This document shows, piece by piece, positions 37,929 through 48,680 of a stretch of DNA of 64,000 nucleotides; position 1 is the first letter of the stretch, and each line of letters starts with the position of its first letter. Under the pieces are notes generated by a model. It was not told where the DNA came from, made no database searches, and was given only the letters and a program-made list of their open reading frames with translations. Location: contig CM076001.1 of the NCBI GenBank assembly GCA_038087875.1, positions 126,001 through 190,000 of the forward strand. Direction: 5' to 3'. Made by a program: the position numbers and the translations under genes. Source of the stretch: Malacoraja senta (Eukaryota).

Positions 37929-38644
37929 GGAAACGAACAAGGGCTCTGACATCTTCGGGCTTCCGTTCCATAGCGCTGGTGGTAGTAGCACCATCTGCGT
38001 TGGGTGTAGACCACTGGCCGCGGCGGTTCGTCTTCGACGCTGGGCTGGGTCTCTTCCTCTTCCCGATGTCGTTTCGGCTGCACCCGTTGTGTGACCATGG
38101 GGCGGGCGACGGCGTGGACGTCCCGCCATCTGAGCGCCCACAGCTCGTCGGCTCTTTCCGTGAGCAGCTGCGGGTCGCTGAAATCGGCTCCCGCTAGCAT
38201 TAGCTGCACTTCGTCGGGCATCTGCTCTAAGAACGCTTGTTCAAAAAGCAAGCATGGGCGGTGCCCGTCCATTAGGGCCAACATCTTTGCCATGATCGTC
38301 GATGGCCTTCGGTCACCGATGCAGTCCTTATGTAGCAGTCTTGCCGCCCTGTCTCTACGGGTAAGACCGTAGGCATGAAATAACAGGGCTTTCAATCCTT
38401 GGTACTTGCCGCTGGACGGAGGGTCTCTGATAAAGGGCAACAGCCTCGAGGCACAGTCCTGCGGTAATGCTCCTACCACATGAAAATACATGGTGTCGTC
38501 ATGGTCGATGCGATGTAGATGAAACTGTGCCTCCACATGGGCGAACCACACCTGAGGTTGATCAAGCCAAAAGGCTGGCAGTTTGAAGGCCGGTGAGCCC
38601 TGCCTCGTGCTGGCCGATTCTGCGGGAAGACCTTCTTCTTGCAT
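37901..38644 (-). CDS. gag: Gypsy Gag, 247 aa, open
   Basis: FKLPAFW..QPQVWF..VEAQF N-terminus and C-x2-H-x9-C-x3-C (CHCC) knuckle WCYYHQRYGTEARRCQSPC. Confidence 0.9.
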   Translation of the reverse strand: MQEEGLPAESASTRQGSPAFKLPAFWLDQPQVWFAHVEAQFHLHRIDHDDTMYFHVVGALPQDCASRLLPFIRDPPSSGKYQGLKALLFHAYGLTRRDRAARLLHKDCIGDRRPSTIMAKMLALMDGHRPCLLFEQAFLEQMPDEVQLMLAGADFSDPQLLTERADELWALRWRDVHAVARPMVTQRVQPKRHREEEETQPSVEDEPPRPVVYTQRRWCYYHQRYGTEARRCQSPCSFPGNAQADRP

Positions 38645-39069
38645 AATTCTGTTGTCTAACGACGGCTAGACAGGTCGGGGTCACCAATTTAGTGGTCTGA
38701 TAAACGACTCCTGGAGTTTTCAACAATTCTTTATTCGAAAGTTCAAGTTGCAGCATACAGGTTTAACAGACACGTCGGTGGTCAGCGCTGAACTAACGCG
38801 CACAAGGGAAAAACCACGCGAAAACAACAGCCCCTCCTGAGTCACGTGACCGCGGCTTCCGAACGCCGGGTTCGACATCTGCGTGCGCTAGCCCTAACTG
38901 GTAATATTGAGAGCCCAGTGTTCTCAGAAGGAAGATCATGGAGAGAACATAGATTGATGTGAGGAAAGTGAGCGTGTTGAAGCTCCAGTGGATACCTTCA
39001 GTCTCAGGACTCTCCTTCAGCTTGCTGAGCCCTTGGAAGTTAAAATAACTCTTTTAGAATAATGTAGGC

Positions 39070-39395
39070 ACTTTAGTTTAGAGATACTGATACAGCACGG
39101 AAACAGTCCATTCGGCCCACCAGGTCCGCGCCGACCAGCGATCCCCGCACATTAGCACTATCCTACACTCACTTGGGACAATTTTTACATTTACCAAGCC
39201 AATTAACCTACATACCAGTAAGTCTTTGGAGTGTGGGAGGAAATCGAAGATCTCGGAGAAAACCCACGCATGTCACGGGAAGAACATACATACTCCGTAC
39301 CCACAGCAACCTTAGTTGGGATCGAATCTGGATCTCCGGTGTTGCATTCGATGTAAGGCAGCAAGTCTACCGCTGCACAACCATGCCACCCTTAC
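39070..39395 (-). mobile_element. tRNA-derived SINE, HE1-like (elasmobranch V-SINE)
   Basis: Minus strand: tRNA-like head with A/B-box remnants, central TGCGTGGGTTTTCTCCG core, CR1-like tail GGGCCGAA.GG.CTGTTTCCGTGCTGTA and (TAAAC)-like end. Confidence 0.85.
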
Positions 39396-39783
39396 AATGA
39401 GAGGCAAGGGGAATGATAGTATCTGAATGCTGTAATAACATACTTGTCCTAATACAATGTTGTAACTGCGTGCATTATGTGTGCTCTGAGTGGTGAGAGC
39501 TTCTACGCAGAGCTAACTCACTGAATTGTGTACAGGAGGGCAGCTGGAGAATTAAATATCATTAGTGTAATAGATGTAATAAAAGGACTGGACAAGCTAG
39601 ATGCAGGAAAAATGTTCCCAATGTTCGGCGAGTCCAGAACCAGGGGCCGCAGTCTTAGAATAAAGGGGAGGCCATTTAAGACTGAGGTGAGAAAAAACCT
39701 TTTCACCCAGAGAGTTGTGAATTTGTGGAATTCCCTGCCACAGAGGGCTGTGGAGGCCAAATCATTGGATGAAGAGAGAGTTA

Positions 39784-41703
39784 TGCCCCTGTCCCACTTA
39801 GGAAACCTGAATGGAAACTTCTGGAAACATTGCACCCCACCCAAGGTTTCCGTGCGGTTCCCGGAGATTCCCGGAGGTTTTTTTCAGTCTCCCTAATGGT
39901 CGAAAGTGGTTTCCGCTTCTTCTATGTTCCGGCGATTATTTCAAAAAATTCAAAACTGGCCACGACTAAAAATAGTTTGCCGGTTTAAAAATCGGTGATT
40001 TTTTAGTCGAAGCCGGTTGCGATGCTAGTTGAAGGTGGTTGCCGGAGGTTGCAGGTAGTGGAAGGTCTTACCTTCTGTAAAGACTTGTAAAACACGTAGT
40101 CTTCATTCTTAGTTTATTGCATACATTGTAGTCGTATACACACATATGTTTGCCACGCCACTCAAATATGTCCGTAGCGACCGCCATCCACGCCAGGGCG
40201 GGGGCAGGCTGTTGCAGGAGTGGCTGGCGTTGCTGGTGTGGAGAGAGGGTATTGCAGGTTGAGCAGGCAGAGACCCTCTCCCGGATGTCCTGTGCCATGC
40301 CGGGCCAATAAAACTGGCTCTGGGCCTGGGACAGGGTGGCATCGGCACCGGGATGGCCACTGTGGGCGGTTTTGGAAATAGTGGTCCCGCAGCGCAGCAG
40401 GCACCACAACCTTGTGGCCCTTCACCACCACGCCGTCCTGCAGCACAAGTTCATCCCGGACTAGGAAGTAGGGCGCAGCACCAGCCGGCAAGGGTGAGCG
40501 ACGGTCAGGCCAGCCACGACGGATGACGTCTGTAAGCTGTTGCAGGGCAGGATCATTGGCAGTGTGGTGAATCAGGGACTGCATCTGCTGGGAAGGCACG
40601 AAGTTGACGTTTAGCACCATCAGGTCGGATGACTCGTACGGGTGGCGGGCAGTAGAAGCCAGCGGTGCGCGGGACAGCGTGTCGGCCACAAACATGTCCT
40701 TGCCCTTTCGGTACACGATTTGAAACGTAAAGCATTGGAGCTGCAGCATCATACGCTGCAAACGGGAAGAAGCCACGTGGATCGGTTTGTTCAAGATCGT
40801 GACCAGCGGCTGGTGGTCGGTTTCGATAGTAAAGGTGTTACCCAGAATGTAGTCCTTGAACTTCGAGCAGGCAAACACCACGGCAAGGAGCTCCTTCTCG
40901 ATCTGAGCATAGCATTGCTCGGTAGGAGTCATAGTGCGGGAGGCGTAGGAGACAGGTAGTTGCAGGCGGTCGTGGATTTGCAGGCAGGCGGCACCGAGAC
41001 CGAAACTTGAGGCATCGCAGGTGAGGACGATGGGGCGCTTTAAGTCGAAGAACTTGAGAGTGGGGGTGCGAACCAGCCGGGATTTCAAATCATCGAAGGC
41101 TGCCTGATGCAGCGGGTACCAAACCAGGCAGTGTCCTTCTTGGTCAGTTCCCTCAGGGGCGCACTCAGCTCGCTGAGGTCGAGAATGAATTTCCCCAGGT
41201 AGTTCACCATGTCCAAGAAGCGCTGGGTTCGAATCCCACTTCTGACACCATGTAAAGACTTGTCAAACACGTAGTCTTCACTCTTAGTTTATTGCATACA
41301 TTGTAGTTGTATACACACATATTGCCCTAGCTGTTCGTGGTCCATTACCGGAGCTAGAGAGCGAGCTAGGGGTGGGAAGGTTACAATTATACTGAAGATA
41401 ATGGGGAGTGGTTAGTAGTGGTGAGGTCATTATGTTAAAGAAACATGCACGGCTCTACACCTTCCACTAACTACAACCTCCGGCAACCGCCTGCAACCTC
41501 CGGCAACCACCTTCAACTAGCATCGCAACCGGCTTCGACTAAAAAATTACCGATTTTTAAAACGGCAACCTATTTTTAGTCGCGGCCAGTTTTGAATTTT
41601 TTGAAATAATTGCCGGGAACCTCCGGGAACTGCACGGAAACTTTGGGTGGGGCGCAAAGTCTCCAGAGGTTTCCGTTCAGGTTTCCTAAGTGGGACAGGG
41701 GCA
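39784..41703. mobile_element. PIF/Harbinger-type palindromic MITE
   Basis: TIR TGCCCCTGTCCCACTTAGGAAACCTGAA; TTA TSD at 39781-39783 and 41704-41706; arms are reverse complements almost to the centre. Confidence 0.9.
40076..41459 (-). mobile_element. Internally deleted Gypsy element (tRNA-Leu PBS; Mag-like by inference)
   Basis: TG...CA ends with 5-bp TSD CCTTC (40071-40075, 41460-41464); full LTR 41251-41459; partial LTR 40076-40147; RNase H ORF (CDASSFGLGA, YAQIEKELLA, TDHQPL, ADTLSR) and integrase zinc finger. Confidence 0.92.
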
Positions 41704-42139
41704 TTAGATAGAACTCTCGGGGCTAGTGGAATCAAGGGATATGGGGAGAAGGCAGGCACGGGTTAGTGATTGGGGACGATCAGCCATGCTCACAATGAAT
41801 GGCGGTACTGGCCCGAAGGGCTGAATGGCCTCCTCCTGCACCTATTTTCTATGTCTATGTCTAGGTGTGCATAAGGAGCAGTGATTTCAGCAATCATCTC
41901 TGCCTTGGGGCACTCCTTTCATCCTGGAAATGCCTCCTTTCAATCACATCATTCTACATTTATCATTCTAGATTAAATGCAAATTTGTGTACCTTAAATA
42001 TTTAGGTAGAATTCAGTTTCTGTACTGATCTCTGCATCTCCATAGATGCTGCCTCACTCTCCAGCTTTTTGTCTACCTTCTGCCTTTCTTACACATTTGC
42101 CCTATTTTGAAAGGATTCCGTAATCCTGCTTCGGAAGCA

Positions 42140-42236
42140 AAGGATAGACACAAAATGCTGGAGTACCTCATCGGGACAGGCAGCCTTTCTGAATAGAATA
42201 GGGTGACGTTTTGGGTTAAGACCCTTCTTCAGACTG
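42140..42236 (-). mobile_element. Penelope-like terminal-repeat fragment
   Basis: Reverse complement reads CTGAAGAAGGGTCTTAACCCAAAACGTCAC. Confidence 0.65.
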
Positions 42237-44160
42237 AGGCATTCTACTGCAGCAAAGGAAATGGTTCTCAAGAAAAATGGGAGGTCAGCCTAAGCTATCC
42301 TGAACCTGATTAATCATGCTGTCCCTTCACCGGGGATCTGTGTGTGCAGACAGAATTCATCACCTTGTGTCATTCTGCCCAAGATGGCCAATGAGGCAAG
42401 GAGCTCCATTCTCTGCTTATTGCTTATTCCTACAGAATGATAAAGTACTGCCTTCTGTGAATTTTGTGATGTCTGCATGATTTATATTCACCTTTCTTTC
42501 AATCCTATATGCAAAAACATTCTGGCCTTAATCAATCTTTTCCAGCCAAAAATATTATGCATCCTGTTAATTCCTCAGTCAACTATTCTCTCCACTGAAC
42601 TCGTCTCAAGGAATTATAGTTTTACATAGAAAGATTACATACAGATTTGAAGTCTCATACCATACTAACTTGGAATGTGTTGTTCTTTTATTATTATTGA
42701 TACTAAATCCTGAAACTTCCTGGCCTTCTCTGGGATTACCTTCACCAAAATGGCTGCAGAGGTTGGAGAAAGGTGGCTCACAACTTTCTTAATGGTATTT
42801 AGGGATGGATAATAAATGCTGGCAGTGATGCCCAGATCCCCAAAATGAGTAACAAGATGCATATTTCAACAAGCAATCTACTCAGCAGAATTGAATATTT
42901 ATTTTCAAATTGATAATGTAATGCCTTGGATAAACCCTAACATTTTTAATTCATGATTTAGTTAAGATTAGCACGCATAGATTTTATGCGTGCTAACCAG
43001 TCAGCTGAAAGACTATACATGACTACAATTGAGCCATCCACAGCATACAGACACTTGATAAAGGGAATAAGGTTTAGTGCAAGATAATGTCCAGTAAAGT
43101 CTGATTAAAGATGGTTTGGTATGTGAGTGTCATGGACAAGGCCAGCATTTGTCGTCTATCTCTATTTGGCCATGAAAAGGTGCTGGTGAGCCTTCTGGTG
43201 ATGGTGTTCCCATGCCACCTTGGTGATGGAGGTTGGGAGGAGTTGTGGAGTAGTTGAGTTGAGTAACCTAATGCATTATGTAGACAGGACACATTACTAC
43301 TGACTGCCCTGGTGATGGAGGGCATAAATGTTTAGGGAGGTGAATGATGAGCTTCAAGAGAACTGTAATCAGGTTCAGGATAGCTGAGGCTGACCTCTCA
43401 TTTTTCTTGAGAACCATTTCCTTTGCTGCAGTAGAATACCTCAGTCTGAAGAAGAGTCTTGACGTTTTGGGTCAAGACCCTCCCTGAACCTGATTAATCA
43501 CGCTGTCCCTTTACTGGAGATCCGCGTGTGCAGGCAGTATTCATCACCTTGTGTCATTCTGCCCAAGAAGCCAGTGTCCGAATGGCTGTTGTGATGTGTC
43601 TAGCGTGGTTGTATGGCAGGGTTGCAGTGTGGAAGCACAGTGTTAGTGCTTGTCAGTGCCGTCACTTCTCGCTTTCAGCCGGTGGGAGTGAATGGAGTGA
43701 TCCACCTCTGGACCACTCCATGCCACCTGAAGCCGTCCCCCTCCCCCGGCTGCACGACACTCCCCCCTCCCCCACTGGCCCCCGACAGCCCCCACCTGAA
43801 GCCGTCCCCCTCCCCATCTGTAGGACGCTCCCCTCCCCCACCGCCTCCCGACAGCCCCGGCGGCCTCCGACAGTCCCCGCCTGAAGCCATCCTCCTCCGC
43901 CGGCTGCAGGACACTCCCCTTCTGGCCCCCGACACCCCCCCGCCTGAAGCCATCCCCGTCAGCATCGGTAGGCCATGGCAGTGACAGCAGAAGACCATAG
44001 CAGCAGTAGGCAATGACAGTGATAGGCAGTGGGAGGCAGTGGCAGCAGCAGGGGTAGGCAGCGGTAGGCCATGGCAGCGCTCCCGCTGGCCCCCGCCTGA
44101 AGCCATCACTGTTTCCAGCTGCAGTCCATTCGGCCCACAACACCCGAACGACCCCAATAA

Positions 44161-47100
44161 TAGATACATAGATACATAGAAAATAGGTGCAGGAGTAGGC
44201 CATTCGGCCCTTCGAGCCTGCACCGCCATTCAATATGATCATGGCTGATCATCCAACTCAGTATCCCGTACCTGCCTTCTCTCCATACCTCCTGATCCCC
44301 TTAGCCACAAGGGTCACATCTAACTCCCTCTTAAATATAGCCAATGAACTGGCCTCAACTACCCTCTGTGGCAGAGAGTTCCAGAGATTCACCACTCTCT
44401 GTGTGAAAAAGTTTTTCCTCATCTCGGTCTTAAATGATTTCCCCCTTATCCTTAAGCTGTGACCCCTTGTCCTGGACTTCCCCAACATCGGGAACAATCT
44501 TCCTGAATCTAGCCTGTCCAACCCCATAAGAATTTTGTACGTTTCTATAAGATCCCCTCTCAATCTCCTAAATTCTAGCGAGTATAAGCCAAGTCTATCC
44601 AGTCTTTCTTCATATGAAAGTCCTGACATCCCAGGAATCAGTCTGGTGAACCTTCTCTGCACTCCCTCTATGGCTATAATGTCCTTCCTCAGATTTGGAG
44701 ACCAAAACTGTACGCAATACTCCAGTGTGGTCTCACCAAGACCCTGTACAACTGCAGTAGAACCTCCATGCTCCTATACTCAAATCCTCTTGCTATGAAG
44801 ACCAACATACCATTCGCTTTCTTCACTGCCTGCTGCACCTGCATGCCTACTTTCAATGACTGGTGTACCATGACACCCAGGTCTCGCTGCATCTCCCCAT
44901 TTCCTAATCGGTCACCATTTAGATAATAGTCTGCCTTCCCGTTTTTGCCACCAAAGTGGATAACCTCACATTTATCCACATTATACTGCATCTGCCAAAC
45001 ATTTGCCCACTCACCCAGCCTATCCAAGTCACCTTGCAGTCTCCTAGCATCATCCTCACAGCTAACACTGCCCCCCAGCTTAGTGTCATCCGCAAACTTG
45101 GAGATGTTGCTTTCAATTCCCTCATCCAGTTCATTAATATAAATTGTAAATAGCTGGGGTCCCAGCACTGAGCCTTGTGGTACCCCACTAGTCACTGCCT
45201 GCCATTGTGAAAAGGACCTGTTTACTCCTACTCTTTGCTTCCTGTTTGCCAGCCAGTTCTCTATCCACATCAATACTGAACCCCCAATACCGTGTGATTT
45301 AAGTTTGTATCCTAATCTCTTATGTGGTACCTTGTCGAAAGCCTTCTGAAAGTCCAGATACAACACATCCACTGGTTCTCCCCTATCCACTCTACTAGTT
45401 ACATCCTCGAAAAATTCTATAAGATTCGTCAGACACGATTTACCTTTCGTAAATCCATGCTGACTTCGTCCAATGATTTCACCACTTTCCAAATGTGCTG
45501 CTATCCCATCTTTAATAACTGACTCCAGCAGTTTCCCCACTACCGATGTTAGACTAACTGGTCTGTAATTCCCCATTTTCTCTCTCCCTCCCTTCTTAAA
45601 AAGTGGGGTTACGTTTGCTACCCTCCAATCCTCAGGAACTACTCCAGAATCTAAAGAGTTTTGAAAAATTATCACTAATGCATCCACTATTTCTGGAGCT
45701 ACTTCCTTAAGTACTCTGGGATGCAGCCTATCTGGCCCTGGTGATTTATCGGCCTTTAATCCATTCAATTTACCCAACACCACTTCCCGACTAACCTGGA
45801 TTTCACTCAGTTCCTCCATCTCCTTTGACCCGCGGCCCCCTGCTATTTCCGGCAGATTATTTGTCTTCCTTAGTGAAGACGGAACCAAAGTAGTTATTCA
45901 ATTGGTACGCCATAACCTTGTTCCCCATGATCAATTCACCTGTTTCTGACTGCAAGGGACCTACATTTGTTTTTAACTAATCTCTTTCTCTTCACATATC
46001 TATAAAAACTTTTGCAGTCAGATTTTATGTTCCCTGCCAGTTTCCTTTCATAATCTATTTTCCCTTTCCTAATTAAGCCATTTGTCCTCCTCTGCTGGTC
46101 TCTGAATTTCTCCCAGTCCTCTGGTATGCTGCTTTTTCTGGCTAATTTGTACGCATCATCTTTTGCTTTGATACTATCCCTGATTTCCCTTGTTATCCAC
46201 GGATGCACTACCTTCCCTGATTTATTCTTTTGCCAAACTGGGATGAACAATTTTTGTAGTTCATCCATGCAGTCTTTAAATGCCTTCCATTGCATATCCA
46301 CCGTCAACCCTTTTAGAACTAATTGCCAGTCAATCTTGGCCAATTCATAGATACATAGATACATAAATACATAGAAAATAGGTGCAGGAGTAGGCCATTC
46401 GGCCCTTCGAGCCTGCACCGCCATTCAATATGATCATGCCTGATCATCCAACTCAGTATCCCGTACCTGCCTTCTCTCCATACCCCCTGATCCCTTTAGC
46501 CACAAGGGCCACATCTAACTCCCTCTTAAATATAGCCAATGAACTGGCCTCAACTACCCTCTGTGGCAGAGAGTTCCAGAGATTCACCACTCTCTGTGTG
46601 AAAAAGTTTTTCCTCATCTCGGTCTTAAAGGATTTCCCCTTATCCTTAAGCTGTGACCCCTTGTCCTGGACTTCCCCAACATCGGGAACAATCTTCCAGC
46701 ATCTAGCCTGTCCAACCCCATAAGAATTCACGTCTCATACCCTCAAAGTTACCTTTCTTTAAGTTCAGAACCGTTGTTTCTGAATTAACAATGTCACTCT
46801 CTATCCTAATGAAGAACTCAACCATATTATGGTCACTCTTGCCCAAGCGGGCACGCACAACAAGACTGCTAACTAACCCTTCCTCATTACTCAATACCCA
46901 GTCTAGAATAGCCTGCTCTCTCGTTGGTTCCTCTACATGTTGGTTTAGATAACTATCCCGCATACATTCCAAGAAATCCTCTTCCTCAGCACCCCTGCCA
47001 ATTTGATTCACCCAATCTATATGTAGATTGAAGTCACCCATTATAACTGTTTTGCCTTTGTTGCACGCATTCCTAATTTCCTGTTTGATGCCATCCCCAA

Positions 47101-47968
47101 CTTCACTACTACTGCTAGGTGGCCTGTACACGACACCCACCAGCGTTTTCTGCCCCTTAGTGTTTCGCAGCTCTACCCATACCGATTCCACATCCTCCAA
47201 GCTAATGATCTTCCTTTCCACTGCGTTAATCTCCTCTCTAACCAGCAACGCTACCCCACCTCCTTTTCCTTTCTCTCTATCCCTCCTGAATATTGAATAT
47301 CCCTGGATGTTCAGCTCCCAGCCTTGGTCACCCTGGAGCCATGTCTCCGTGATCCCAACTATATCATAATCATTAATTGCTATCTGCACGTTCAACTCAT
47401 CCACCTTATTACGAATGCTCATTGCATTGAGACACAAAGCCTTCAGGCTTGTTTTTACAACGCTCTTACCCCTTATACAATTATGTTGAAAAGTGGCCCT
47501 TTTTGATTTTTGCCCTGGATTTGTGTGCCTGACACTTTTACTTTTCACCTTGCTACCTATTGCTTCCGCCCACATTTTACACCCCTCTGTTTCTCTGCTC
47601 ACCCATTTAAGAACCCCACCACCTCTTATTCTCTGTTTATTATTGTTTTCTTCTTCCCCCCCTACATGTTGGGTCTGAGTGCTTTCCTTCTCTGCCTCCT
47701 GCCTCACACACTGTCTAATAGCATTCTCTATTTGAGTCCCTCCCCCCAACCATTCTAGTTTAAAGTCTCCCAGTAGCTTTTGCAGAGCCCCCTGCCAGGA
47801 TATCGGTCCCCCTCAGGTTCAAGTGCAACCCATCCTTTTTGTACAGGTCGAACCTTCCACAAAAGAGGTCCCAATGATCCAGAAATTTGAATCCCTGCCT
47901 TCTGCACCAGTCCTTCAGCCACGCATTTATCCTCCACCTCGCTCCATTCCTACTCTCACTGTCGCGTG
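44161..47968 (-). mobile_element. Young CR1 LINE: ORF1 esterase C-terminus plus almost complete ORF2
   Basis: DGLHLN..GT.ILA (SGNH-like); APE domain LNA.SIRNK, ITETWL, GDFN, SDHN (46703-47749); RT 44689-45888 (FADD); tail (CTATGTAT)n. Confidence 0.95.
46348..46724 (-). mobile_element. Short CR1 3' end of the same subfamily nested in the above
   Basis: TSD AATTCA (46342-46347, 46725-46730); near-identical to 44161-44533. Confidence 0.9.
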
Positions 47969-48385
47969 GCCGTAATGGCCGTACTAGCCCTCCGGAAACC
48001 AGTCCCTCCAGCCCACAACATCTGTACTAGCCCAAGAAAAGTATCTCTGGCCCACAATATCCATACTAGCCCTAAGGGAAACAGTCCCTTCGGCCCACAA
48101 CACCTGTACTAGCCCTCTAAAAGCCCCCCTCACCGGCCACCTCTTAAAACCCTCCCCGGCTGCAGGTTTCTCACCCCCCTCCGACCGACCCCCGACAGCC
48201 CCCGCCTGAAGCCGTCCCCCTCCTCCGGCTGCAGGACGCTTTCCTCTACCTCCCACTGGGCCCAGACAACCCCCACCTGAAGCCGTCCCATTCCCCCTGC
48301 TGCAGGATGCTGCCTGTCCCCCCCCCCCAACCGGGCCCTGACAGCCCCCGCCTGAAGCCATCCCCCTCCCTCCTCCTTCCCCATC

Positions 48386-48680
48386 TGAACGGAGATGAGG
48401 AAACACCTTTTCTTTAGAACGGTGATGAGGAAACACTTTTTCTCACAGAGAGTGGTGAGTCTGTGGAATTCTCTGCCTCAGAGGGCGGTGGAGGCAGGTT
48501 CTCTGGATGCTTTCAAGAGGGAGCTAGATAGGGCTCTTAAAAATAGCGGAGTCAGGGGATATGGCGAGAAGGCAGGAACGGGGTACTGATTGGGGATGAT
48601 CAGCCATGATCACATTGAATGGCGGTGCTGGCACGAAGGGCCGAATGGCCTACTCCTGCACCTATTGTCTATTGTCTATT
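48386..48680 (+). mobile_element. CR1 3' fragment
   Basis: MRKHFFSQRVVSLWNSLPQ; (CTATTGT)n tail; 5' 30-nt duplication. Confidence 0.85.

Larger units (their letters stand above)
34516..38892 (-). mobile_element. Gypsy LTR retrotransposon, CsRn1-like clade, near full length
   Basis: LTRs 34516-34743 and 38688-38892 (outer end clipped); PBS TGGTGACCCCGAC (tRNA-Trp) at 38674-38686; G-rich PPT at 34744-34755; order gag-PR-RT-RH-IN. Confidence 0.95.
39575..41862 (+). mobile_element. CR1 3' end split by a Harbinger MITE
   Basis: KGLDKLDAGKMFP...FTQRVVNLWNSLP; GAGAGAGTTA|GATAGA resumes at 41707; (CTATGT)n tail. Confidence 0.85.

Noticed and set aside
41224..41250. tRNA-Leu gene
   Set aside because: Only the 3' 27 nt with encoded CCA, abutting an LTR; it is a primer-derived copy.
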